Positions 13,951 to 27,620 of a stretch of 64,000 nt of DNA are shown here, piece after piece (position 1 is the first letter of the stretch; every line of letters starts with the position of its first letter). Location: contig OX597814.1 of assembly GCA_951406725.2 (NCBI GenBank), positions 88,164,001-88,228,000 of the forward strand, written 5' to 3'. Source of the DNA: Octopus vulgaris. Lineage: Eukaryota. A program made the position numbers and the translations under genes. A model generated the notes under the pieces. The model was given only the letters and a program-made list of their open reading frames with translations, had not been told where the DNA came from and searched no databases.

Positions 13951-14441
13951 TCAGTCACGCACACACGTGTGTGTCACAAACGTTCCCCATCACAAGAGAA
14001 CAAACACACTGACGCTTCTTCGCTTCTTTACAAAAAAATTCACTCTCTCTCTCTCCCTCGTCCTAGTTTTTGTCTCTCTGAAGGTCCGGACTGAACCAGA
14101 GCTTCATCTGTCTTTCTGATGAAGTACTAACAACATCCAAACTGTGAAAGGCATTTTTGGTTTCATTCAAACATTAAATTAACATCTTTTTCCATCACAC
14201 TAAGCATTTCGCCAGGCGTGCTAAAGATTCTGCTTGCTCGCCGCCCTAAAACGCGATTTATGTAATAGATATATATATATATTATATAATACAAACATAC
14301 ATTCATACGAACACACACACACAAAATATAAGCATTTTAGTGTGGAGAATATATATTCATGGAATATAATTTTAAGTGCAGACGGTGTTTCGACCTAGAG
14401 ATCCTATCAAGCAATGAATCATGGTTACGCATTTTTCAATG

Positions 14442-14490
<49 letters not shown>

Positions 14491-14702
14491 ACTGGAGCAG
14501 TATTTTCACAAAATTATGGCAATGTTAGTCAATGTTGGTATTTCCTCATAAGGGCTTATCGATTATGTTGGAGTAAAATTTCAAATTATGTCGATAAATG
14601 GAGTAAAAATGATAGGATGGGTGTTGTTTACAAATGCATATGAGAAAAGTGAAAGAGAAATGAATAAGCTGATAGAAAGAAGGCAGAGAGATGAGTGAGA
14701 GA

Positions 14703-14740
<38 letters not shown>

Positions 14741-15054
14741 GAGAGAGAAGAGAGGGAGAGAGTAAGTTAAGCATGTCTGGCGCTGTCTTTTTAGAAACTT
14801 TCTTCAATTCTTTTTACACAAAACCCGTTCTTTCAATTTACCAAATTTAATGATATTCTTTCAAATTCTGCTACTAAATAGTACATTCTGTTCATTTTTG
14901 TTACAAAGAAGCTCTAATTTAGACCTATCCCATGGTTCTATGGGTTTTTCTTTTTTTTTTTTACAAGAATCCCAACTCAGATTCATCACTTAATAAGATC
15001 TCTAGATTGAAATTGATGGCTACAGTGTTGCAAAATATCTTCAATATGTATGTA

Positions 15055-15270
15055 AGGCAGCCATCTGGCAGAATCGTTAGTACGCAGGGCAAAATGCTTA
15101 GCGGCATTTCGCTGATCTTTACGTTCTGAGTTCAATTTCCGCCGAGGTCGACTTTACCTTTCATCCTTTCGGGGTCAATAAAATAAGTACTAGTTCAGTA
15201 CTTAGGTTGATCTAATCGTCTTATACCCACTCCGAAAGTTCTGGCCTTGTGCCGAATTTTGAAAGCAATA
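15055..15270 (+). mobile_element. Family A SINE
   Basis: Same head, B-box and central motif as the 5597 copy. Confidence 0.8.
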
Positions 15271-15600
15271 TATGTAAATGATTGTAAGTATAAATGTGTG
15301 TATGTATGTATATACATACATACATATATATGTTTATACACTCAACAGTATTCTACTTCATCAATACACAAAATATTATTTTGATTTTTTAAGGACTAAG
15401 TGTGTATGCGCGCGCGCGTGTGCCTGCGTGCTTCGGTTCAATTTTGTTAAAATATGTTTTCGTGTAAAATTCCTGATTCTAACCGAAACTTAGATCTTTA
15501 ATTTTCCGAACTTGCGGTTTTTATTATTCACCACATATATTAGGTAGAACATTAGCATCTGATTTGCTTTCTCAACAATATCGATGTATACAAACATTAT

Positions 15601-15810
15601 AGGAGTGGCTGTGTGGTAAGAAGTTTGCTTCTGAATCACTTGGTTCCGGGTTCAGTTCTATTGCGTTGCTCTTTGGCCAAGTGACCTCTAAGATAGCCAT
15701 GCTGGTGTGTTTACATCCCCGTAACATAGCGGTTCGGTAAAAGAGACCGATAGAACAAATACTAGGCTTACGAAGAAATACCTGGGTTGATTTCTACGAC
15801 TAAAATACCG
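15601..15810 (+). mobile_element. Family B SINE (CORE-like), internally deleted
   Basis: GGAGTGGCTGTGTGGTAAG head, GGGTTCAGTTC B-box, TTGGCCAAGTG core, joined to the tail GCGGTTCGGTAAAAGAGACCGATAG. Confidence 0.7.
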
Positions 15811-15924
15811 CGTATCAGTAAAAAGACTTCATTCTATAAGTCATCGACCAATGATTCATTTCGTTTTAAAAGGACCCGGGTACATGGTATTGATAAACTA
15901 CAATAATGGTGAAATATCGGTATC

Positions 15925-17166
15925 TGCGTGGGTGGTTTGAAAAAGTTCATAGGCTGACTATGAAGAAGTGTTACTAGAGCTGTGATATCTTGCATGTATT
16001 AATTTGAAATCTTGTTATTAATAACTGCATTGTTTGTTTTCAGGCAAACTGATATTTGACTGAGAGTAACTAGTAACGACTTCTTTTGAAGATCAACAAA
16101 ATTTGGTATCGTGATGTTATAAAGTACCTGCAGAAAAATTATTTTAGTCCCGAAGGACATTCATCCTGACATGGTTGCAACGTTAGGGGATGATGCCTCA
16201 GCTTTATCAACAGTGCAAAAGTGGACAGCATAGTTTAGGAGGGGAAGGGAGAGTCTTGATGACCCAACATCTGGACATCCTGCAACTGCCACCAGCAAGG
16301 AAAACATTGATCGTACTCACCACATGGTGACGGATGACAAATTATTGGCTACAAATCAGATAATCAATACTATTAACATACTCTGTGAGAGAGTTCAGAT
16401 TATTCTGAGTTCAGAATATTCTGCACAATGAACTTGATGTGACGAAGGTTTCCGTTGGTGGGTGTCACGTCTTCTGACATCTGTTAAAAAGCGCACCATG
16501 TTGATCACTCCAACATTGTTTAAAGCAGATCCAACTGGTTTCCTTGAATCTTTCCTAAGCCAGGATGAGTGCTGGGTTCATCACTTTGAGCCAGTGACAA
16601 AGTGACAATTCATGCAGTGGAAACACTCCTTCTTAACTGCTCCAAAGAAGACCAAGATCGCTTCATCTGCAAGGTATTTGATGGCTTCAGTTTTGGAGAA
16701 GCAAAAAGTATGGTGTTTTTTTTTAAAATTTTACTATCTTCAAAAGAGTCACACCTTAAATGGGAAGTATTATCCCAACTTACTGTGGCAATTTTGAAAG
16801 GCTATCAAGACCAAATACCCAGGAAAACTGACGAAAGTGATTTTGTTTCATCATGACAATGCTCCACCATACAAGTTCTGTTGTCCGTAACTGTGGTTTT
16901 TAACTGATTGATCACTGCCCCTATTTTCCTGATTTGGTCTCATCTATCATCTGTTCTCCAACATGAAAAAGATATTTGGCTAGGAACCAGTATTGCAGTA
17001 ATGATGACTTCATATCTGCTGTTGATGGCGTTCTTGACCAAAAGGATGAAAGCTTCTTCACCACTGGGATCGAAGCATTGCAACATCGATGAAAGAAGTA
17101 CGTTGGCCGCAAGGACTACGTAGAAATATAAACCTCATTTAATCATATTCCATGAGAGTATCTTGG
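15925..17166 (+). mobile_element. Decayed mariner element
   Basis: KIWYRDVIKYL, WVSRLL, LSQDECWVHHFEP, MQWKH..LTAPKK, HHDNAP and PYFPDL motifs with many stops and frameshifts; 3' end interrupted by another repeat. Confidence 0.8.
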
Positions 17167-17167
17167 T

Positions 17168-17330
17168 CTTTAACACTCGGCGTCGTTTGGGGTGCTTTTC
17201 TCCGACGCTATCTCGTGGCCTCGTTTGAGGTGCTTTCCCCGGACGCTATCTCGTGGCAAATATACGTTTAAACCAAACACATACACTATGTATGTGAGAC
17301 AGATAATGTTTATATTTGCATATATAATTA
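17168..17330 (+). repeat. Unclassified interspersed repeat (second copy at about 24685-24800)
   Basis: CTTTAACACTCGGC...AAACACATACA.TATGTATGTG shared between both sites; internal duplication of about 40 bp in this copy. Confidence 0.55.
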
Positions 17331-19589
17331 ATGATTCAAGACTGATTTAAGACAAAACGAATCTAACATGAGTCAGTGTCACTTAAAACTCGCTTTATTT
17401 TCTTTTACTTGTACAGCAGAGAAGAAACTATTGAAAGAAGTTTTTCCCATTTGTCACACAATCTATTCTTATATATATATTTTAAAGACTATGTTAAACT
17501 TCCCAGAACGGTTTTCTTATATATTATTTTAACTCCAATTCATCAGCATCGTATTACGCCAGCTGTTTAAAAACAGACGGATTATACTTACATCACTTGT
17601 CACATTCATACATCTTCAGGATTTTTAATCTTTCTCGAGGCTAATAAATGTCTTGGAAACTAAAAGTGATTTATTTTGTTTTCATTATTGTTAGTTTGTT
17701 TTCAAATTTCGCTCACAATTGTTTATGCTACAATACTTTTTTCAATCAAATAATTATTTTCAGATCTGACTTTTGTTTCTCTCTTTACATACCCTTCTCA
17801 CATGTACATACGCAACTGTTTTGATATCATTGCCTTTTATCGAAAACAGTAGAGGCCGAACCGCTTTTTATCTCAATACTACCGACGATAATCAATTGAA
17901 TAACATCTGTCGCGAATACATCAATCACACTTAAAAATAAAAAAAACTGAGATTCTATTTCTATTCATAGAAATTTCATATCATGTTAAAATGTATTTAG
18001 GAAGTTGCGAATGTAAAAAAGTAGCAGTTAATTCCCTCTCCAATTACCATCTTGAAAGAGAAATCATGGGATAATTTAGTACTGAAAACAAGACAGGATT
18101 TTATTCCGTCACAGAGGTTTCACATTATGTGTTGTGTTTAGAATAGGTGCAAACGTCAAAAATAGTTGCCAAATCTCCCTCCAGTTACACTTCTTTGAAG
18201 AAGAAAATACTGGATAATTTAGTACTGAATACAAGACATCATAGTTATGGTTACAACTCTTTTCACTGTGTATCAACTCACACATCCATCCGCGCGCGCA
18301 CACACACTGTTAAAAGTGATACACCTCGATGTTTCACCCGTTTCAATACCATGAAATTTTATGCAATAACCATAATGATAGATGTATATGTGTATGCCGA
18401 GAGCCGTTAGAGTTGGATAGAATACCTGGCTGTATTTGTTCTGGGAATTGCGCTGTGAGTTCAAATCATTCTTAGGTTAACTTTTGCTTTTCATCCTTCC
18501 AGGGTTGATAAATAACATATTTCAAAATAACTAACATGCATTCGTTATAATTTGAACACTCGTTTTAAAAATGTCTATATTTTACATAATTTTTATTTGC
18601 CGTTACAGTATGAGAGTATTTTCTTTATTTAAAAAAAATACACACAATGCAAGGACTTAATGCAGGCATTTTTCATCGATATACCAAGTATAAATAACTA
18701 AAACATACATAAGTTACGATTTTTTCTCAAATTTTCTTTATTTGTTTTCTAATTTTCTGCATGTTGTCGAGTGACATCCGTTAATTCATTTTAAATCGTG
18801 GAGCACAGTTTCAAGACTATTGTAATTCCTACCCGCACCCAATACAGCGCCTCCCTTTCTGCTGTCCTTAACGCCAGGAATTCGCTGCTTGATGTACATT
18901 ACTTCTTACTGAAAGTCAAATTACATACACCCTTTTCTTACTTCTTCTATATCCCCCAACACCCTTCCTTCCTGGAGCTATCTTTTTAAAGTTACATAGT
19001 TGATGACATTGTTCCAGCTCTGTTTTTTTTTCTCTCTCTTTCACCTCGTCTTTTTATCGCTTGTTCTTATACGAAGAACACGAATGTATAAACGTAAGCT
19101 CATTTGTCAAACAACCCTGAAGGCCTTATTACTATGTATTATCACGATTGTTATTCGTGTTATTGGTAATAAAGAAGATGAAAATAATGGCAATGCTGCA
19201 ACGAAACAGAATGTTTATTCCTATTGTCTCATGAATCATATGTAAAAACATTTCTCACCTCAGACAAACTGAGTTTTATTACTAATAGCATTCAAAAGAA
19301 AAGGCGTGTTAGGAATTAGGTAACTTTTTATGTCTACAACGACAATATACTATCCATTGCAGAACAGATTTTATTGTGCTTATCATGGCAATTTCCCTTG
19401 CTAGATAGAAAAGAATTAGTATGAACGAACATTAATACCAAACCTACTTTACCCTTATCCGTTCAGAAGCATTTATAGCATTGGCACTGTAACCGTATGC
19501 TTATGTCAGTTACCTCCTCTCACACGTCATATCTTTTTTTTTTCTTCTTAATCTGGTCTTGCTTCAGTCAAAGGGCTGCAAGATAACCG

Positions 19590-19800
19590 GTTTCAAATTA
19601 GTCATAAGGTCATAAGTTTCGGGAAAGGGACTAAGTCGATTTGATCGACATCAGAGCTCAACTGGTACTTATTTTATCGACCACAAAAGATGAAAGGCAA
19701 AGTCAACCTCGGCCGAATTTGAACTCCGAAAGTAAAGACGGACGAAATGTCGCTAAGCATTTTCCCCGACGGGCTAACAGTTCTGCCAGCTCATTGCCCT
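19590..19800 (-). mobile_element. Family A SINE
   Basis: Reverse complement of the family A consensus. Confidence 0.75.
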
Positions 19801-20115
19801 ATGGTCTGCAAAATAATAATAAAAAATGTTTCAGCAAATGAATTGTACCCCGAAAAGTACTCCGGAACGAAATGAACACAAGGGAAAAGTCGAAATCATA
19901 TGATGCAAAAATTGAGCCCGTTGCTCAATCATTTTATCTACAAGAGCGAAGGCATTGCCGAATATGTTTCGGAAATATTATAATCACATTAGCGAAGCAT
20001 GTATGTGGTGCGTGTGCACGCGCGCGAGTAAGTGTGTGTGTTGATGGGTAAACAAACGAAAGAAGAGGAGGTGAGAGAGAAAGAAAGGGACAGAGAGATA
20101 ATACCCTGAACGCGG

Positions 20116-20160
<45 letters not shown>

Positions 20161-20298
20161 GTATATATATATATGCATATATATATATACATGGGTAAAT
20201 TATTTATCTATATATATATACACACATATACACACATATATATGCATACATACATACATACATACATACACATACACACAGACACACACACACACACA

Positions 20299-20574
20299 TA
20301 CAAGGTGTGTAAAATATTTGAGGACAGATTTATGTTTATAAAAACAGTTATATAATAACAGATAATAACTTTATTTATCAAAAAATGTTATGAGGATAAA
20401 AATAAACCTTTTCTATAATGTTATTCAATAAAGCTACTTTCAGCTCCAACAACTGCTTCTATATGAGATCAAAATCATCTACAGGCTCGAATCAAGTGGC
20501 TCTGGTTCATTATGGACATTACTCTGACTATGGTAGCTTTCATAGAATATTTGGTGTTATGGGCGTATTCATTC

Positions 20575-20622
<48 letters not shown>

Positions 20623-21583
20623 AACGCACCACATGAAATAGTCCAGTGGAATGAGATCTGAGGAATTAGGAGGCCAAATGTTAGGTGTTATGTGATCATT
20701 AAAATTTTCAGCCATCCATTCCAGTATTACTAGAGCCATGTGTGATTGTGCAGAGTCTTACTGAAACACATATGGCCTTCAATTGCATATACTGTCTATC
20801 CAGAGCTTAATAATTATTTCCAGGACCTCAGTGTAGGCGGCATAGTTAACTCTAAGGCCTTGTGGAAAGAAGAAGGCATAACATATCCTTCATTGCTGAC
20901 AACCCCTAAAACCATGACAGTTACAGGAAATGTTGTATGCTTAACACTTGGAACTTCAGAAGTGTCTGCTCATAACTATCTGGCATTTCTTCTGTTAACT
21001 TTTTGATCTTGGTTGAAGATTTTCTCGTTAGGGAAAAACCAAATCAAATCTTCTGCTGGATTTTTCAGTTTGTTTAAGAGCCTTTTAGATCTGATGTAAT
21101 GATTTTCTTTTGCTTTTTCTGATAAATTGACCTTTCCTCATCATATAAGACTTATATCTGATGTTTTCGTGGAGAGAATTTATAACTGTTCCTTCTGACA
21201 CGTGGAGATATTTGGCAATTGACCTCATGGACTTTCTGGGATTGTAATCAATGGTCTGTTGAATTTGCTGGATAAATTCAGGTGCTCTGATGATTTCAGA
21301 GCGTTTAGAATACTTTTTATGCTTTGATACTGGTGATACATTTCATCTTCAGTCTCTAGTTCCTTACAAACTTTGTAGACGGAAGATCTGGCAACTTTTA
21401 AAAATCGAGATATTTCTAAATCCCTATGCTCAGCCTTTATAACCACAATAACAGCATGCCTCTTCATTTCTTGAGTTAGCTGAGCGTCTGCTTTTCTTAC
21501 TTTCTGAAACAAAGATTATACAGAGTTAGCAAAAAAAATGCAGCAATGACCCCCAAAATGTATGTCCTGAAATACCTTACGTA

Positions 21584-21590
<7 letters not shown>
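20299..21590 (-). mobile_element. Decayed Tc1/mariner element, maT (DD37D)-like
   Basis: TIRs TACAAGGTGTGTAAAATATTTGAGGACA / TGTCCTGAAATACCTTACGTACATTGTA; MKRHAVIVVIKAEHRDLEISRFLKVARSSVYKV HTH, GRPYVFQ*DSAQSH, IWPPNSSDLIPLDY. Confidence 0.75.
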
Positions 21591-21636
<46 letters not shown>

Positions 21637-21639
<3 letters not shown>

Positions 21640-21934
21640 TAACATATAATTGCCAACCAAGTGTAGCGTCCTGTACGGAACAGTGCTACTGACGTGTATT
21701 GCCTCAAGAAGACATCTCTTCCGGCTGGCTAACGACACACATTCTGTGATCCGATTAGTATTTGCGAGGGGACGTCATCGCTCTCATCCCTGGCCTTACG
21801 TGATACACACGGACTCGAGTTTCTGAGTAGTTATCCATCCTCAGCGTATGTTAATCACCAGCTAGTGATGAAAACTCACTCCACTCGCAAAATTCTATAG
21901 GACGCCACACTTGGTTGGCAATTATATATTACGA
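21637..21934. mobile_element. Short element with about 45 bp terminal inverted repeats next to a (TA)n tract
   Basis: TCGTAACATATAATTGCCAACCAAGTGTAGCGTCCT / AGGACGCCACACTTGGTTGGCAATTATATATTACGA. Confidence 0.7.
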
Positions 21935-22065
21935 TTCCGTATTGCTACTGTTTACATCTCGCCCAGAGATTTAGTATAGCCTATATATATATACATACGT
22001 ATATATATGTATAAATACGTATGTGTATATATATATATATATATACCTACATATATATATATATG

Positions 22066-22126
<61 letters not shown>

Positions 22127-22127
<1 letters not shown>

Positions 22128-22640
22128 AGAATAAACTATCCTTATATTGCAGAAAAAATCTTTACCGGTCAGACTCGAACTCACATCCCTGTGATTACGC
22201 GCCAAGTGCATTACCTCTAAGCTAAACTTCCCAGTAACGAATTATTCTGCAATTTTAGGGTTTATAAATCTAGCTTTATAAGACGCTAACGTTAAATTCA
22301 ACTTACGATGAAAGTAAACAAAGAAAATTTGCTTTAGAACTTGAATTTAACGCTAGCATTTTATACAGATAGATTTATAAATCCTAAAATTGCAGAGCAA
22401 TTCGTTACTGGACAATTTAGCTTAAAGGTGAAGCACCTGACGCGTAATGGCAGGAATGTGAGTTCGAGTCTCATGGCTGGCCAGTAACATTTTATTCTGA
22501 AATATATGGATAGTTTATCCTGTTCATGCTATTGTATTAGAATTTTCATGCTTTTGAGGATAAACTATTTGTGTATCTTTCAATACATCTCAACGCTTCT
22601 AAAGCAAACTTTGTTTGCTTTCATCGTAAGTTGAATACAT
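22127..22640. mobile_element. Palindromic element carrying a tRNA-like head in each arm
   Basis: Arms about 22127-22300 and 22338-22521 are inverted copies; the right arm has A box TAGCTTAAAGG, B box GTTCGAGTC and a TTTTT run; the spacer is repeated inverted at 22600-22637; flanked by (TA)n. Confidence 0.7.
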
Positions 22641-22666
22641 ACATATATATATATACATACACACAC

Positions 22667-22732
<66 letters not shown>

Positions 22733-22961
22733 CGTGATTTTATGACTGTCTTACATAACAGCAGAAGCCGAGTACGTCTTTGAGGAGCGATCGACAAATT
22801 CCGAAACTTTTCATCAGGAGACTTTTGTTGTATTTTTGTATTTGTACATGAAAAAGATAGAATGTGTTTGCTTTCTTTATATTTCACCCGCAGCCAGGTC
22901 TGTAGTAATTAAATTTACCCTAAACACATACACACACACCACACGCATACATATGTGGCTG

Positions 22962-23017
<56 letters not shown>

Positions 23018-23669
23018 CATACATACATAAATACATACATACATACATACATACATACATACATACATACATACATACATACATACATACGTTTGTGTAC
23101 CTATGTTTTGGATGTATATGTTATGTATGAGTGCATGCATGTCTCGCACAACGGGGGGTGATTAAAAAAACTGCGAAGTTAAGTAAAGATTGTTTTGCTA
23201 CATATGATGCGTATCCTTCGACAGACGCAATTGAAGTCTGTTTTGGTAATGTCGCACCACAGTCGACAATTTTCGTTGACGTCGAGAACAGGAAAGCAGA
23301 GCTTTTCTGTAAACCACTTCTTAATCCGACCATCTTAGAATTTATTATTACAATCAGTAAACAAAACTTATGCAATGAGTTTTGATGATTGAATACCTTA
23401 AGCGATAAAACACTGTACAATCTGAAGTTTAACTCCACGCTAATATCTAATTTGTGTTTCGTTTTTTTCCTCAGGGTAGAACGAATGTGGATAAAACAAG
23501 TACCGAGATATCTTTAGATATTTTTGGTCTTTTTCCATAAAAAATGTGCCTTTGTAAGAAATCTATATACTACGTCGTGTCTACGAAAGAGAATCATCGT
23601 CAGCGAGTTTGCAAACTGAGACAGCAATAGGATTTCGCTTCTAGGTTGCGCCCCTTTTAAATTCTAGCC

Positions 23670-23872
23670 AAGCTTATGGGCCCAGTTTCCCGGTTTCTAT
23701 GGCGTGTGTGTTCCTCAGCTGGACGGGACGCCAGTCCATCGCAGCGTTACTCACTTTTGCCAGCTGAGTGGAGCAACCTGAAATGAAGTGTTTTGCTCAA
23801 GAACACAAAGCGTCGCCCGGTTCAGGAATTGAAACCACAATCTTACGATCATGGTGCTGACACGCGCCTCCA
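23670..23872 (-). mobile_element. Family C tRNA-derived SINE (partial/variant)
   Basis: Reverse complement TTCTTGAGCAAAACACTTCATTTCAGGTTGCTCCACTCAGCTG core shared with the 43151 and 57229 copies. Confidence 0.65.
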
Positions 23873-24102
23873 CTATGTCTTGTATAGTATATGATATATA
23901 CAGAAGTGTGTCATGAACATTAAGCGTTGCTTCTTTCCAGCTTCATTTCTCTCCTGTTTCTTTATGACATCAATATCAATACTAACCAATCACTTTTCCC
24001 GTCTTCCGTTGATTCTTTGTGAGCAATTAGTGCTTTCTTGTCATATAAAAATGCGTGTTAATATACTCACATAAAACATAGGTATAGACACACAGACACA
24101 CA

Positions 24103-24177
<75 letters not shown>

Positions 24178-25789
24178 TCTCTTGCTCGCTCACACATGAA
24201 TTTAAACAAGTTCCCTGTCATTTGGACCATGAGGTTGTTTGATCAACTGGATGGCCAAAACTTTGAACTAACGTTCGTATGGCTGAATATTCCACTGATA
24301 CGAGTATCCTTAACATAATTCACTGTTAGAATCAACCCGTAATAAAACTCGACTGTAGAATTACAAATGCAATCCATCATACAGGCTTCCAAACAGTTTC
24401 CGCGAACACAGTTTCGATCAATCCGAATCTTAAAATCACTTACCTACGATCTCACACAATAGGGTCGAACCCAGGAAGTACCTCACAAACAAAAATTAGG
24501 TCGGCTACAGAAATATTTCAACACGATCATTTTCTGTACTGCTACGAGCCTAGTAATGATCTTATATTGTCAGTTCATATTAATGGGGTGGCATGGTTAT
24601 GTGCTAATCGAAATATTGATATCTACCATTTGTGGTGATTCCTAGGTGAGTTGTCTTGCCTGGTCTGTGACATTCAGGTGTTCTTTAACACTCGGCAGCG
24701 TGTAGGAGGCTTTCCGCAGACGCTGTCCAGCAGCAAATTTGGTGTATAAACAAAACACATACATTATGTATGTGCGACCGCCAATGTTTCTATTCTGCTT
24801 AATACTTCAATATGAAGAAGACAGCGCAAATGAGAGATGTTTACTGCTTCGACCAACAATAAATGGAAAAGAATGAGGTGGAGAAGCTGCATTTCTTTCA
24901 GTTTAAAATCAAACATCTCTGCATTTGAACCCAAGCAAGGTATGTGGCTGTACATAACTCGCATTATTTAGCCAGGAGGCTTAGAATACAATATTGATTA
25001 AGAGTTCGATAGTCTTTAAGATGTAAAGTAGTTCTGTCAGTGATCATTAAAGTTTAAGCTGAAGCTCTACTCTAAATCTTGCCGAGCCATATTCTGTTAA
25101 TTGCTTCTTGTGACTGTATTGTATTTCTACACTGGATATTGTGAAAAGTTGTTCTTTTAAAAGATACTATAAATTAATAAGCGATTCTGTTCTAGGTAAA
25201 CTAGGATGTCATTGAATTAAATACGTTCAAATCAACTATATACTTAATTCAGGAGGTTAAAGTGGCAAGCATACCCGAACAAAATGCTTAACGGCATTTC
25301 TTCCAGCTCTTTACGTTCCAAGTTCAAATTCCCCGAAGTCGACTTTACTTTTTATCCTTTCGGAGTTTATAAAATAAGTACCAGTGGAGGACTGGGGCCG
25401 ATGTAATCGATTAGCCCCCTCGCCCAAAATTCAGGTTTTGTGACAAGAATTAAAAGAAGTATTGCAGGTAGTTTAAACCATGGCGGAAGTAGTAGAACTA
25501 CAAGTGCCTCTAGTCTGTCACTTTACTTTGTCCACAGATTTTTTAGAAAATAAGTTTTTGTTTATTATTTACTTAACTATAAATTAAAATAATTTCCTGG
25601 TGACCTAACTATTGATAGAATATATAAATATGTTCCTTTTGAATGTCGAAAGAGATCGGAGAAACGCGTGGTCCAACAGCCACGTGTTAGACTGAATTTT
25701 ATTTAATGTGTTTTTGTCCATAATTTACATAACTATTCATTGAGATAATCACCTGATTACTCAAAGAACTTAATATTTGTATTGAATAT

Positions 25790-26515
25790 GGCGGCGAGCT
25801 GGTAGAATCGTCAGCACGCCGGGTGAAATGCTTAGCAGTATTTCGTCTGCCGCTACTTAATATAATCGACTTAATCCGTTTGTCTGTCCTTGTTTGTCCC
25901 CCTCTGTGTGTAACCCCTAGTGGGCAGCAAAGAAATAAGTATTTCGTCTCCCGTTACATTCTGAGTTCAAATTCCGCCGAGGTCGACTTTGCCTTTCATC
26001 CTTTCGGGGTCGATAAATTAAGTACCAGGTGCGTACTGGGGTCGATCTAATCGACTGGTCCCCTCTCCCAAAATTTCGGACCTTGTGCCTAGAGTAGAAA
26101 AGAATATCTGCACTGAATAGTACGTCTGGCGAAATGCTTAGCGGCATTTCGTCCATCGTTACGTTCTGAGTTCAAATTCCACCGAGGTCGACTTTGTCCT
26201 TCATTCCTTCGTCATTGATAAAATAAGTACCAGTTGAGTACAGATGTCGATGTAATCGATTTACCCACTTCCCTGAAATTGCTGGCCTTATACCAAAATT
26301 TGAAACCAATATTTGTATTGAACTGCGCGCCGAGCAAAATGCTTAGCAGTATTTCTTCCGGTCATTACGTTCTGAGTTCAAATTCCGCCGAGGTTGACTT
26401 TGCCTTTCATCCTTGCCGGGTTGATGAAATACGTACCAGTAAATCACTGGGGTCGACATAATCGACTTACTCTCCACCTACGAAATTATTAGACTTGTGC
26501 CAAAATTTAAAATAA
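25790..26515 (+). mobile_element. Nested array of family A SINEs with target-site duplication
   Basis: Four partial copies; AATATTTGTATTGAA repeated at about 25772, 26308 and 26515. Confidence 0.8.
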
Positions 26516-27017
26516 ATATTTGTATTGAATATCGGAAGAGTTCGAAGAAACACATAGCTCAGCTGTCATGCGTTAGACTAATTGACCTCATAAAGATTAA
26601 CTTTGCCCTTTTATATTCTGATTTCAAATCATAGCATGTTCAGTTCTATTTTTCATCCTTCCATGGTTCATAAAATGGATACCAGGCAGATTCTTTTTAA
26701 TTATAAGTTGTGCTATTGTCTCAGTACAAGAAATCTGTAAATGAATTGAATTGGACAAGAAGTGTGCTAGCCTAAATTCTTTCTTTTCCTAATTGTAATA
26801 CCCATTTGGTCTAGACCTATGGTCCAGTTTCTATAAAGGTAAACAAATGGGAAAGAAATTTCCTCGATACCCAATCAAATCGAACATCAGTACTGTCAGT
26901 TGTCATGATGTTTTACCTCAGTTTACTCATAGAACAGTTGGGACCAATTTTGCCTTTCACTCTTGCAAAGGCTAAATATAAATACAAGTAACATACTAAA
27001 TTCAATTAAACAAAAGA

Positions 27018-27102
<85 letters not shown>

Positions 27103-27136
27103 ATCTATACATACAGTATATATAATCCACTACATA

Positions 27137-27334
27137 TACGAGGTGGATGCTGAAACGTTCCTGTCTTTGAGTAAAAGAAAATACTGGCGAATCAGTTAAT
27201 CAGGATTTTATCCAGCACATTCCCCTCTCAAATTCACACACCTACTGCAGCGGTAAAAGAACACGGGAGGTTGGGCTTCTAAACAGGCCTTTCGAGATGC
27301 CTCAAAGCCAAGAACTTTTCAGCACCACCTCGTG
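27137..27334. mobile_element. Mariner-derived MITE
   Basis: TIRs TACGAGGTGGATGCTGAAACGTTCCTGTCTTTGAG / CTCAAAGCCAAGAACTTTTCAGCACCACCTCGT; no ORF. Confidence 0.75.
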
Positions 27335-27517
27335 TGTGTGTGTGTGTGTGTCGTGTTGGCAGTTGGAAAAAAGAGTACTCGAAGTAGAGATTAACAATAC
27401 ATTTTTATTTTGGTCGATTCAGTTTCTTGCAATTCTGAGTTTCATCTGTGGGTGCACAGTAGCAAGACACTAGACCAAAATAATATATATATAATGTATA
27501 TATTTATTTATTTATGT

Positions 27518-27620
<103 letters not shown>

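Noticed and set aside
22410-22483. Functional tRNA-Thr gene
   Set aside because: Acceptor and anticodon stems are mismatched, and the unit is embedded in a repeat; treated as tRNA-derived.
22770-22820. Minus-strand CCTGATGA motif (also CTGATGAAG at about 14116)
   Set aside because: No properly placed GAAA or closing stems.
23121-23520. Possible Tc1-like 3' fragment
   Set aside because: Only a weak TIR-like end and faint similarity; too degraded to call.
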